Virus record (IMG/VR): IMGVR_UViG_3300020413_000035
Span: 1-33,401 of that record
Strand: one strand, 5' to 3'
Origin: a virus
Taxonomy: Duplodnaviria > Caudoviricetes
DNA length: 33,401 nucleotides
In this document: in pieces, positions 26,605 to 33,401 of the stretch
Layout of the letters: every line of letters starts with the position of its first letter
Position numbering within the stretch: the first letter of the stretch is position 1
Notes under the pieces: generated by a model
What the model was told of the DNA's origin: nothing
Database searches by the model: none
What the model saw: the letters and a program-made list of their open reading frames with translations, nothing else
Position numbers and translations under genes: made by a program

Positions 26605-27238
26605 TATGTTTTTTAAATTCGCCTAGAACTTTGTCTGCTTTTTCATCAGTTCCTTTTTTAATAGAAAGTAAAAAATCAATTGCTTTTTTTGTGTTTTGAT
26701 CAGATTTACTTTCTACTGCTGTTTTCATTTCTTGAAGCTTAGTTTCTAGTTGATGATTAATTGCTTCAACAGCTTTTCCTCTATGCTCATTTAAAAACTC
26801 TATAAAATCATCTTGTTTCTGCTCAAAAGCATCCATTCTATTATTAACCTGCTGAAATGTTTTAACACTAGAAAGTAGTGCCTTTTCAATTTTATTAGCT
26901 AGATAGTTTAATGCATAGTCATGATTCTCAAGATACTCTTGAATATTATCATACGAAGCATCCATAGATTTTTTTAGAGAGTTAGCGTTCGCAGGCTGAT
27001 TTTGCATACCCTTGACAATCATTTCGCCATAACCTAAAAGTACCCAATCGTAATTTAGTTGTGGAAAACGCAATATAATTTTATCTAAAAGCTTTGCGGA
27101 TGGTGTTTTTCCATTCGTAATTACATGATGCAATGAACTACTGCTAGGTAATTTACATTGCTTACTAAATTCTCTTACTGACATCCCTGTTGAATCAATA
27201 AAAACTTTTAATCTTTTGCTTTGCGGTGAGATTTCCAT
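26582..27238 (-). CDS. HTH repressor (CI-like) with coiled-coil C-terminus
   Basis: RL..FI...GMS..EF, I...FP.LN.DW.L.G.GEM; only credible minus-strand gene, divergent from the early operon. Confidence 0.75.
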   Translation of the reverse strand: MEISPQSKRLKVFIDSTGMSVREFSKQCKLPSSSSLHHVITNGKTPSAKLLDKIILRFPQLNYDWVLLGYGEMIVKGMQNQPANANSLKKSMDASYDNIQEYLENHDYALNYLANKIEKALLSSVKTFQQVNNRMDAFEQKQDDFIEFLNEHRGKAVEAINHQLETKLQEMKTAVESKSDQNTKKAIDFLLSIKKGTDEKADKVLGEFKKHTNPKPQK

Positions 27239-27290
27239 GCTTATTTTTTGTTGTTATTTTTTTTAAAATTCGTTGTTTTTTAAAAAAATG

Positions 27291-27321
27291 TTTGTCTTTT
27301 TGTTGTTTTTGTGTATATTTG
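27291..27321 (+). promoter_or_regulatory. Early rightward promoter (Bacteroidota primary sigma type)
   Basis: TTTG-N19-TATATTTG matches the -33/-7 consensus. Confidence 0.75.
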
Positions 27322-27382
27322 TAACAGATTTAAAACATAAAAAATAAAATGTTTTTAAAGTATTCATTAAAAGTAAACAAAT

Positions 27383-27697
27383 ATGCAACAGGAAAAATAC
27401 AATAAACTAAAAATTTCTTTACAAGCTATTAACAAGATCAAAATTCAAAAGAATGATAATCAATCATTTTCTTCTAAGAAAAAAGTCAAGGATCAGACAT
27501 TACATCTTATGATTGATTTAGGGGAATTTACAATAATTGTTGCAGGACAATTGAGAAAGTTCTATAAAGTTCGCAAAAATGACAAAAGCATTTGGTTTGG
27601 CATTACAGTTTTAGATTCAGAACTAGAAGAGCAAACACCAACCAAACCACAGCATACAGAAATTAAAAAAGAAATCAGCAAAAAATTAGTAGCATGA
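27383..27697 (+). CDS. Hypothetical protein (first early gene)
   Basis: ORF after promoter, ATGA overlap downstream. Confidence 0.55.
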   Translation: MQQEKYNKLKISLQAINKIKIQKNDNQSFSSKKKVKDQTLHLMIDLGEFTIIVAGQLRKFYKVRKNDKSIWFGITVLDSELEEQTPTKPQHTEIKKEISKKLVA

Positions 27698-27987
27698 AAA
27701 AATTTGAAGGTAGTCCGATTGATGGTGTGTTAGAAGTTCTAAACTATATGCGAGATAGTATAGACAATAACACTAAATCAATTAATAAGCTAAGACAGAA
27801 AATTACTCACGATGAAGATGGAAAATTAATAGATCGGTTTTATACGATCAAAGAAGTCAGTAGCATAGTTGGTTTATCAGAATACTATGTAAGACAAGAC
27901 ATCAAAGAGGGAATGCTTAAACCTCTTGAAAGAGGTGGCAAGAACGTAATTACAAAAAAACAATTACAAGAATATTTAGACAGATAA
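27694..27987 (+). CDS. Excisionase-like HTH protein
   Basis: FYTIKEVSSIVGLS...V...IKEG.L...GGK..I....L..YL. Confidence 0.75.
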   Translation: MKKFEGSPIDGVLEVLNYMRDSIDNNTKSINKLRQKITHDEDGKLIDRFYTIKEVSSIVGLSEYYVRQDIKEGMLKPLERGGKNVITKKQLQEYLDR

Positions 27988-28005
27988 CACACTAATTAAA
28001 ACACA

Positions 28006-28197
28006 ATGAAAATTTACAAAACGTACGCAGACAAAGAAGATTGGTTTGAGACTACAGTTCAAGAATTTAAAGAAAAGTTTCAGGACTGGGATTTTGGAGA
28101 CTTAACAGCTTTACAGACCCTTAAATCATGTGGCACATTGAGAACACCATTTGCCTTCTACTCACTCAAACCATCATTTAAAAACAAAAGACAATGA
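28006..28197 (+). CDS. Hypothetical protein
   Basis: 63-aa ORF, A-rich start context. Confidence 0.6.
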   Translation: MKIYKTYADKEDWFETTVQEFKEKFQDWDFGDLTALQTLKSCGTLRTPFAFYSLKPSFKNKRQ

Positions 28198-28379
28198 GAA
28201 AATTAGAATCAGTTGGTTGCTATGTTGATGAAACAAAAGGAATCACATACCCAATAAAAAGCGATGATAAACCAGATTTTATGGCAGATGTACTAATCGA
28301 GGATTGTAGCTATGAATGGTTTAAGGCTTTATCAATAAAAGATAAATTAATTGTAAAAAAAATAATTGATCAAATATAG
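28194..28379 (+). CDS. Hypothetical protein
   Basis: 61-aa ORF, ATGA overlap. Confidence 0.6.
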   Translation: MRKLESVGCYVDETKGITYPIKSDDKPDFMADVLIEDCSYEWFKALSIKDKLIVKKIIDQI

Positions 28380-28389
28380 AAATAACACA

Positions 28390-28578
28390 ATGGCACAAAA
28401 ACACACAAAATCAGTATTAAAAAATTCAATAGCAAAAGAGGTTATTGGATATGACTATCATGAATTAGATGAATGTCAACAATCATTTATTGATGATGAA
28501 TACCAATCACTACATGATATAGCAATGAGTATTAAAATTAATTCTAAAATAAAACACAATGGCACAAAGCACAGTTAA
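28390..28578 (+). CDS. Hypothetical protein
   Basis: Likely start MAQKH at 28390 (AACACAATG context). Confidence 0.55.
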   Translation: MAQKHTKSVLKNSIAKEVIGYDYHELDECQQSFIDDEYQSLHDIAMSIKINSKIKHNGTKHS

Positions 28579-28915
28579 AAAAGTACAAGGAAACGGAGAT
28601 TTCCTGTATCAAAACAGACAATTTTATTCTTTTGAATATGAATTAGAGGATGGAGTTGTAGGAATGGCTAATCACACTACATCAACACCCAAATACAATC
28701 AAGGAGATTCTGTCAATTATGAATTAGCAGGAAAAGATATGCAAGGAAACAACAAGATAAAATTTGTTCAAGCACAGCAATTCTCAAACTCTAAAGAAAA
28801 AAGCTCAAACAAATCATTCGCTTTATCATATGCAAAAGATTTAGTAATAGCTGATAAAATAGGAATTGAAAAAATATTAGAAACAGCAGATAAGTTTAAC
28901 AATTGGATGAATTAA
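28559..28915 (+). CDS. Putative OB-fold/ssDNA-binding-like protein
   Basis: Beta-rich N-terminus, SFALSYAKD C-terminal motif. Confidence 0.45.
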   Translation: MAQSTVKKVQGNGDFLYQNRQFYSFEYELEDGVVGMANHTTSTPKYNQGDSVNYELAGKDMQGNNKIKFVQAQQFSNSKEKSSNKSFALSYAKDLVIADKIGIEKILETADKFNNWMN

Positions 28916-28917
28916 TT

Positions 28918-29424
28918 ATGAAAGTAATCAGATTAAAATCAGATAAAGAAACTCAAAAACCAGTTTCTCAGGAAATGCAGATTATTAGCAAAAAACATCT
29001 TGGGGAGAGTTATTTAGATAACATACTCAAAGAAGTACAAGAAGGAAATGTGCCTGCAACATTTGTCACATTTCAGATAAAAAAGTTTGAAAAACAAATA
29101 CAAATACTAAAACAAAAGATTGAAGATCAATCTATGACAGAACTTGTTGGAAACGGAGATTATCAAATAGGCGAAGAAAAATTGATTGTTAGACAAGGCA
29201 GTAGAACTTTTGACTATTCAAAATGTGAAGGAGTACAAAAAGCACAAGAATTATTAAAACAGGAAAAAGACAAATACAAATCCGCATATGAAGGTATTGA
29301 AAAGGGTAATACAGTTTTAACTGAAGACAATATGTTTGTCGATCAAGATGGTGTTACACAAAATTTTCCAACACCTAAGTACAGCAAGGATAGTATTGTT
29401 TTAACAAAAGTAGGCAGAGGCTAA
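28918..29424 (+). CDS. Hypothetical protein
   Basis: Coiled coil plus FDYS.C motif; start 28903 or 28918. Confidence 0.6.
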   Translation: MKVIRLKSDKETQKPVSQEMQIISKKHLGESYLDNILKEVQEGNVPATFVTFQIKKFEKQIQILKQKIEDQSMTELVGNGDYQIGEEKLIVRQGSRTFDYSKCEGVQKAQELLKQEKDKYKSAYEGIEKGNTVLTEDNMFVDQDGVTQNFPTPKYSKDSIVLTKVGRG

Positions 29425-29450
29425 TCCGACAATTAATCTGCCTACTTTTT
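29406..29450 (+). terminator. Intrinsic terminator with 18-nt loop
   Basis: Perfect 13-bp stem AAAAGTAGGCAGA/TCTGCCTACTTTT including the T-tract. Confidence 0.75.
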
Positions 29451-29462
29451 AACATTTAAATT

Positions 29463-29906
29463 ATGAAAGCAAATTTTAAAATTAGTCCTGACATATGTTT
29501 ATCAGAATACAAAAATACTATTCTTGAAGACTATGCAGTTGATATAACAAGTAAAAAACAAACTCAAAAAGACATAAAACTACTTTTAGTTTTTGTTAAA
29601 TATGTTAAGGTTAAATATTCAGGACTTAGAGATTTAACAATAGCTGAGTTTTTAAATAGAGAAAGCAAAGAAATTTTAAGATATTTAGTTGATCACGACA
29701 AACTTTATACTCAGTCGCAGAACTTCAAACATTTTTCCGATTACCTAAGAACTAAATTACGAGGTATAGATTCAGAAAGCTTACCAACACATTGGAAAGA
29801 ATTGTGTAATGAATTAATAGAAATATCTCCTGAAAATGTAAGGGAACAGATTTATTATTCTATCAAACAATTACACGAACAAATTAAAAATAAAGTTACA
29901 AAATGA
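29463..29906 (+). CDS. Hypothetical protein (possibly DnaA C-terminal-like HTH)
   Basis: DITSK...IAEFLNRE pattern, weak resemblance. Confidence 0.45.
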   Translation: MKANFKISPDICLSEYKNTILEDYAVDITSKKQTQKDIKLLLVFVKYVKVKYSGLRDLTIAEFLNRESKEILRYLVDHDKLYTQSQNFKHFSDYLRTKLRGIDSESLPTHWKELCNELIEISPENVREQIYYSIKQLHEQIKNKVTK

Positions 29907-30562
29907 GTAAAGACCCTGCATTTCTCTTTTACTCTTCAGACTGGATATCAGGAACAATGTTCTTAGATCATGAACAAAAAGGAAAGTTTATTGATCTTTT
30001 ATGTGCACAGCATCAAAGAGGAAGATTACGTAAAAAAGATATGTTAATCATATGTAAAACATATGATGAAGATGTGTTCAGTATGTTCAAAAGAGACAGA
30101 GAAGGGTTGTATTATAACGAAAAGCTTGAGTTTGAGCAGAATCGTAGAAGGGCTTATAGTGAGTCTAGGAGGGATAATAGAAAGAAAAAAACAAACTCTT
30201 TAGATAAGATATCTAAATCATATGTTAATCATATGGAAACTGAAACTGAAACTAAAACTATAAATGATACTAAAACTGAAATTTATCCAACCTTTCAAGA
30301 TTTTTGGAATTTATACGATTACAAACAAAATAAACCTAAATCCAATAAAGCTTGGGATAGATTAAAGCAAAAGGAAAAAGAGCAGATTATAGATTATCTA
30401 CCCTTTTACATTGAATCAACACCTGACAAATCATTTAGAAAACATCCAACAACCTTCTTAAACAACAGAGGTTGGGAAGATGAAATTATAAATAAAAAGA
30501 AAACTAATGACACAAACGCAAATCTCAGAGCAAAAATTACAAGAGAGTTACAGTCTAACTAA
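29903..30562 (+). CDS. Replication initiator (YdaU/DUF1376-like N-terminus)
   Basis: KDPAFLFY..DW; C-terminal F..FW..Y and KHP.TFLN...WEDE; internal iteron-like repeats. Confidence 0.75.
   Translation: MSKDPAFLFYSSDWISGTMFLDHEQKGKFIDLLCAQHQRGRLRKKDMLIICKTYDEDVFSMFKRDREGLYYNEKLEFEQNRRRAYSESRRDNRKKKTNSLDKISKSYVNHMETETETKTINDTKTEIYPTFQDFWNLYDYKQNKPKSNKAWDRLKQKEKEQIIDYLPFYIESTPDKSFRKHPTTFLNNRGWEDEIINKKKTNDTNANLRAKITRELQSN
30038..30283. repeat. Iteron-like origin repeats within the initiator gene
   Basis: CATATG-like hexamers at 11-bp period in two clusters; ATATGTTAATCATATG twice; 6-bp GAAACT-type repeats. Confidence 0.65.
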
Positions 30563-30986
30563 TTTTATTAATAACGATAAAATTGAAACCGTAGAACAGG
30601 CTCTACAAGATCGCACTACTCCTACTTTAGCGACTCTTAAAAAAACAAACAAGGAAAAAACATTGGCATTGTTAGAAGCTTTTATCCTAAGCATAAAAGA
30701 CCTAAAGGGATCAAGACAAGAAATATTAGATGTTCAGATTACAAACATGGCAAGAATAATATTAAAAGAATATTATTATCTCAAAACTTCAGAAATTAAA
30801 ATTATTCACGACAAGATTATACTTGAATCAGAACAGACCTATAGTCAAAACTTGTTGGAGAAGATAATGAACAACTTTAGAATCTATGCAAACAACAGGA
30901 TGCAAGTAGCAAAACAAACACACAGACCAGTTCAGGTACACAAAGACATAGAACAAAAGATTATTAATATATCAAAAACACAATAA
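30507..30986 (+). CDS. Hypothetical protein (helicase-loader position)
   Basis: Helical protein following the initiator. Confidence 0.5.
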   Translation: MTQTQISEQKLQESYSLTNFINNDKIETVEQALQDRTTPTLATLKKTNKEKTLALLEAFILSIKDLKGSRQEILDVQITNMARIILKEYYYLKTSEIKIIHDKIILESEQTYSQNLLEKIMNNFRIYANNRMQVAKQTHRPVQVHKDIEQKIINISKTQ

Positions 30987-30987
30987 A

Positions 30988-31344
30988 ATGATTATAGAAA
31001 CAAATGGTATAATTAAAAAAATATTCAATAAGCAATACAGAGGTGCTAACAAGTTTGAGATTGCACCTATCCTGTTGACCAGAGAAAACAAAGACTACTA
31101 CTTAGAGGCTATTGGTATGTATGCAGGAATACCAAATCAATTTCAAGAAGGAAACCCTGTAAGGTGTAAGCTTGAGGTAAGATCACAACAAAGCAAAAGT
31201 GATGAAGAGAAGTACTGGACTAATGTAAACCTAGTAGATTGTGAATTAGACATAGATCAACCAGATCAAGCACCGCCTAACCCATTTGAAATGATGCAAG
31301 AATCAAAGAAAGAACAAGAGGAAGAAAATGACTTACCATTCTAA
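30988..31344 (+). CDS. SSB-like OB-fold protein (DUF3127-like)
   Basis: OB-fold pattern and acidic tail ending DLPF. Confidence 0.7.
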   Translation: MIIETNGIIKKIFNKQYRGANKFEIAPILLTRENKDYYLEAIGMYAGIPNQFQEGNPVRCKLEVRSQQSKSDEEKYWTNVNLVDCELDIDQPDQAPPNPFEMMQESKKEQEEENDLPF

Positions 31345-31345
31345 T

Positions 31346-31891
31346 ATGAAATTTAAAAATTTAGCATTTGGAAAACACCCATCAGTTGAGGCTATAATGG
31401 CAAAAGTATTTACCGATGAAGGTAAATGCATTTCAATAGTATGCGGAGAAAATATGTACAGTTCATCTAAAGCAGGAAAAGGCAAAGCCTGTTCTAGTAT
31501 AAAAGATGCCATAAGTTTTGAAGTTATGGTTGGAGATGATGAACCATTAGGATGGCAGACAAAATTAGATATAGATGACATCTTAGCAGAGAATTTTAAA
31601 ATTAAAAAAGTAAATGAGTGGCTGTTAAACAAAGGAGAAAAAACAATTTTCGCAACAGTAAATAAAATACATACTTACTCACCACCACAAGATAAAACGC
31701 AAGACAATAACGAACTATTTATTGGGATGGAGTGCTTTGTAGAAGATACAGAAAACATAAAAGGTTTATCAATGCTTAATAGTTTTGATCTTACTCTTAA
31801 CATTAGTCCATACGAGTTTTTAAACACATTCGATCAAAAGACAATTAATCAAATTAAAAAAGTTTTAATCCAAAAAATCAAATCAAAATGA
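31346..31891 (+). CDS. Hypothetical protein
   Basis: Likely start MKFKN at 31346. Confidence 0.6.
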   Translation: MKFKNLAFGKHPSVEAIMAKVFTDEGKCISIVCGENMYSSSKAGKGKACSSIKDAISFEVMVGDDEPLGWQTKLDIDDILAENFKIKKVNEWLLNKGEKTIFATVNKIHTYSPPQDKTQDNNELFIGMECFVEDTENIKGLSMLNSFDLTLNISPYEFLNTFDQKTINQIKKVLIQKIKSK

Positions 31892-32211
31892 TACAATTAG
31901 AAATTAAAGAAAACGACATTTTTTACTCTTCATGGGGATATGAGCAAACCAATATTGACTTTTATAAAGTAAAGAAAGTAACTAAAGAAATGGTTTCTCT
32001 AGTTGCAATAGAAAGCAGAATAGTAGAAGAAGAATCAAATTATCATACAGATGCAGTTGTTCCTTATCCTGCAAATGAGGGAAAAAATGTATTTAGAAGA
32101 AAAGTAAAACACGCTTGTGATAGACCTTATGTAAGCATAAATAGTTTTGCTTGTGCTTTTCCATACAAGGGCAAACCTCTTGGTCAAACAAACCCAATGT
32201 ATGGACATTAA
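31888..32211 (+). CDS. Conserved hypothetical protein (SWGYEQTN.DFY motif)
   Basis: Motif recognisable from mobile elements; ATGA overlap. Confidence 0.65.
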   Translation: MIQLEIKENDIFYSSWGYEQTNIDFYKVKKVTKEMVSLVAIESRIVEEESNYHTDAVVPYPANEGKNVFRRKVKHACDRPYVSINSFACAFPYKGKPLGQTNPMYGH

Positions 32212-32350
32212 AGAAAATCTACAAGAAGAGAATACTGAACTTCATTCACAAGTAGAATGGCATAATTACTTCATTGATTATGTGTATAAAGTAAACAGAA
32301 ACTTATACAATGATGCTTGCCAGTATGCAGATAAAAAACAAAAAACATAG
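32201..32350 (+). CDS. Small hypothetical protein
   Basis: Likely start MDIKE at 32201. Confidence 0.5.
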   Translation: MDIKENLQEENTELHSQVEWHNYFIDYVYKVNRNLYNDACQYADKKQKT

Positions 32351-32396
32351 TCTGATCCACTTACGGATTGTTTCATTATTTTAATTAGTTTGGATT

Positions 32397-32421
32397 GCCC
32401 CCCTAGTCAGGGGGGTTTTTT
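32397..32421 (+). terminator. Intrinsic terminator of the early/replication operon
   Basis: GCCCCCCT-AGTC-AGGGGGGT followed by T-tract. Confidence 0.85.
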
Positions 32422-32444
32422 GTATATTTATATAAATTTATATT

Positions 32445-32603
32445 ATGGATAAAGAGATAGAGAACATTGCTACAATGTGCCTAAATTTACCTGAATATCA
32501 AAGGAAACAAATTATATCAATTTTAATAGCTTCAATGCTTACAGAAAAAAGCGATAAAGATGCTAGAAAAGCATATAATAAAATTATATCTACACTTTCA
32601 TAA
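32445..32603 (+). CDS. Small hypothetical protein (52 aa; not in ORF track)
   Basis: MDKEIENIATMC...STLS, open from ATG to TAA. Confidence 0.55.
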   Translation: MDKEIENIATMCLNLPEYQRKQIISILIASMLTEKSDKDARKAYNKIISTLS

Positions 32604-32614
32604 AAGAATAAATC

Positions 32615-32645
32615 TTGGTTTTTAAATAAAATTTACTGACATTTG
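32615..32645 (+). promoter_or_regulatory. Possible promoter for ninG-sigma
   Basis: TTG-N20-GACATTTG, one mismatch to TAnnTTTG. Confidence 0.4.
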
Positions 32646-32653
32646 AATGTCGG

Positions 32654-32679
32654 ATTAGCCTTACAGATGTATGGCTAAT
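32654..32679 (+). promoter_or_regulatory. Hairpin sequestering the ninG start codon
   Basis: ATTAGCC-T-TAC-AGAT-GTA-T-GGCTAAT; ATG 32671-32673 lies in the 3' arm. Confidence 0.6.
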
Positions 32680-33078
32680 AAAAAAACATATCTTAACAAG
32701 ACAATTCCGCAGTTAAAAAGAATTGCGGTAACTCACTTTCACAAATATATAAGAGAAAGAGATCAAGGCAAAGCTTGTATCTCATGCGGTAAATACACTA
32801 CTCTACAAGCAGGACATTTCTACTCAGCAGGACAAAACCCTTCAGTAAGATTTAACGAGGACAATGTGCATGGTCAATGTCTGCAATGCAACTACTTTAA
32901 ACATGGTGCATTAATGAACTACACTTATAACATTGTTGATCGAATCGGCAAAGAAAGATTTGACAAACTAAAATTTCACGTTGATGTTTCAAAGAGATTA
33001 CGATTCAAATGGGACAAATTTAATCTGATAGAAATAATTGAAAAGTACAAAGCCCTTAATAAAAAACCACATGGATAA
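32671..33078 (+). CDS. ninG: NinG/Rap-like endonuclease
   Basis: F..YIR.RD...CISCG, AGHF, RF.EDN.HGQC..CN. Confidence 0.88.
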   Translation: MANKKTYLNKTIPQLKRIAVTHFHKYIRERDQGKACISCGKYTTLQAGHFYSAGQNPSVRFNEDNVHGQCLQCNYFKHGALMNYTYNIVDRIGKERFDKLKFHVDVSKRLRFKWDKFNLIEIIEKYKALNKKPHG

Positions 33079-33401
33079 AAAACAAGCAATGGATATAATC
33101 TACAAGCAATATTTAAATATTAAGCAAATAGTTTATTTAATCGAACAGAAATACTTTAATCGCAAATACCAAATTTACGAAGACATTACTCATGATGTAT
33201 TTATAAAAATTGATACTGAATTTGATAAAATCAAAAATGACTCTCCTGAAACTTTAAAACTTCTTGACAGAATTTCAAACGGTCATTTGTCATATATATA
33301 TACGATGGCAAAGAATACCTATTTAAATTTTTTAAAAAGAGAAAAGAAATACACCTTTTTAAATTACAAAGGAATGACTGAAAATGAAAAAAAGAAATTA
33401 A
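33071..33401 (+). CDS. N-terminal part of ECF/sigma70-like sigma factor (continues at 1-334)
   Basis: My translation: MDKKQAMDIIY...YEDITHDVFIKI...SYIYTMAKNTYLNFLKREKK, matching ECF region 2 (EDxxxDVFIK; YxxxxAKN). Confidence 0.7.
   Translation, partial: MDKKQAMDIIYKQYLNIKQIVYLIEQKYFNRKYQIYEDITHDVFIKIDTEFDKIKNDSPETLKLLDRISNGHLSYIYTMAKNTYLNFLKREKKYTFLNYKGMTENEKKKL
33304..33401. repeat. Terminal direct repeat / circular overlap (right copy)
   Basis: Matches 1-98. Confidence 0.95.

Noticed and set aside
32359-32366. ACTTACGG, reverse complement of the arm repeat CCGTAAGT
   Set aside because: Single 8-mer 7 kb from attP; compatible with chance
1-33401. Alternative genetic code
   Set aside because: Genes are intact and densely packed under the standard bacterial code, using all three stop codons

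Overview
This looks like a complete, circularly assembled genome (~33.3 kb; 98-nt end overlap, bases 1-98 vs 33304-33401) of an AT-rich temperate tailed phage. The host is most likely Bacteroidota/Flavobacteriia, inferred from TTG-N19-TAnnTTTG promoters, A-rich starts without Shine-Dalgarno sites, a DUF3127-like SSB, a Bacteroidota-type integrase and an attP matching the 3' end of a tRNA-Glu. Gene order: ECF-like sigma factor (spans the junction), ParB plus two TAGT/GREB1-like glycosyltransferases, TerS/TerL, frameshifting chaperone, tail genes, tape measure, protease, scaffold, capsid, tail tube, portal, adaptor, fibres, lysis genes, metallophosphoesterase, attP/integrase, repressor, early and replication genes, ninG. 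The most striking unexplained signal is a set of intergenic hairpin or terminator elements complementary to translation-start regions of distant phage genes. One resembles a natural toehold switch on the ninG-sigma leader. Also notable are a late-promoter motif shared by two intergenic gaps and a candidate packaging-linked DNA glycosylation module. All protein calls come from motif recognition by eye; no searches were run.
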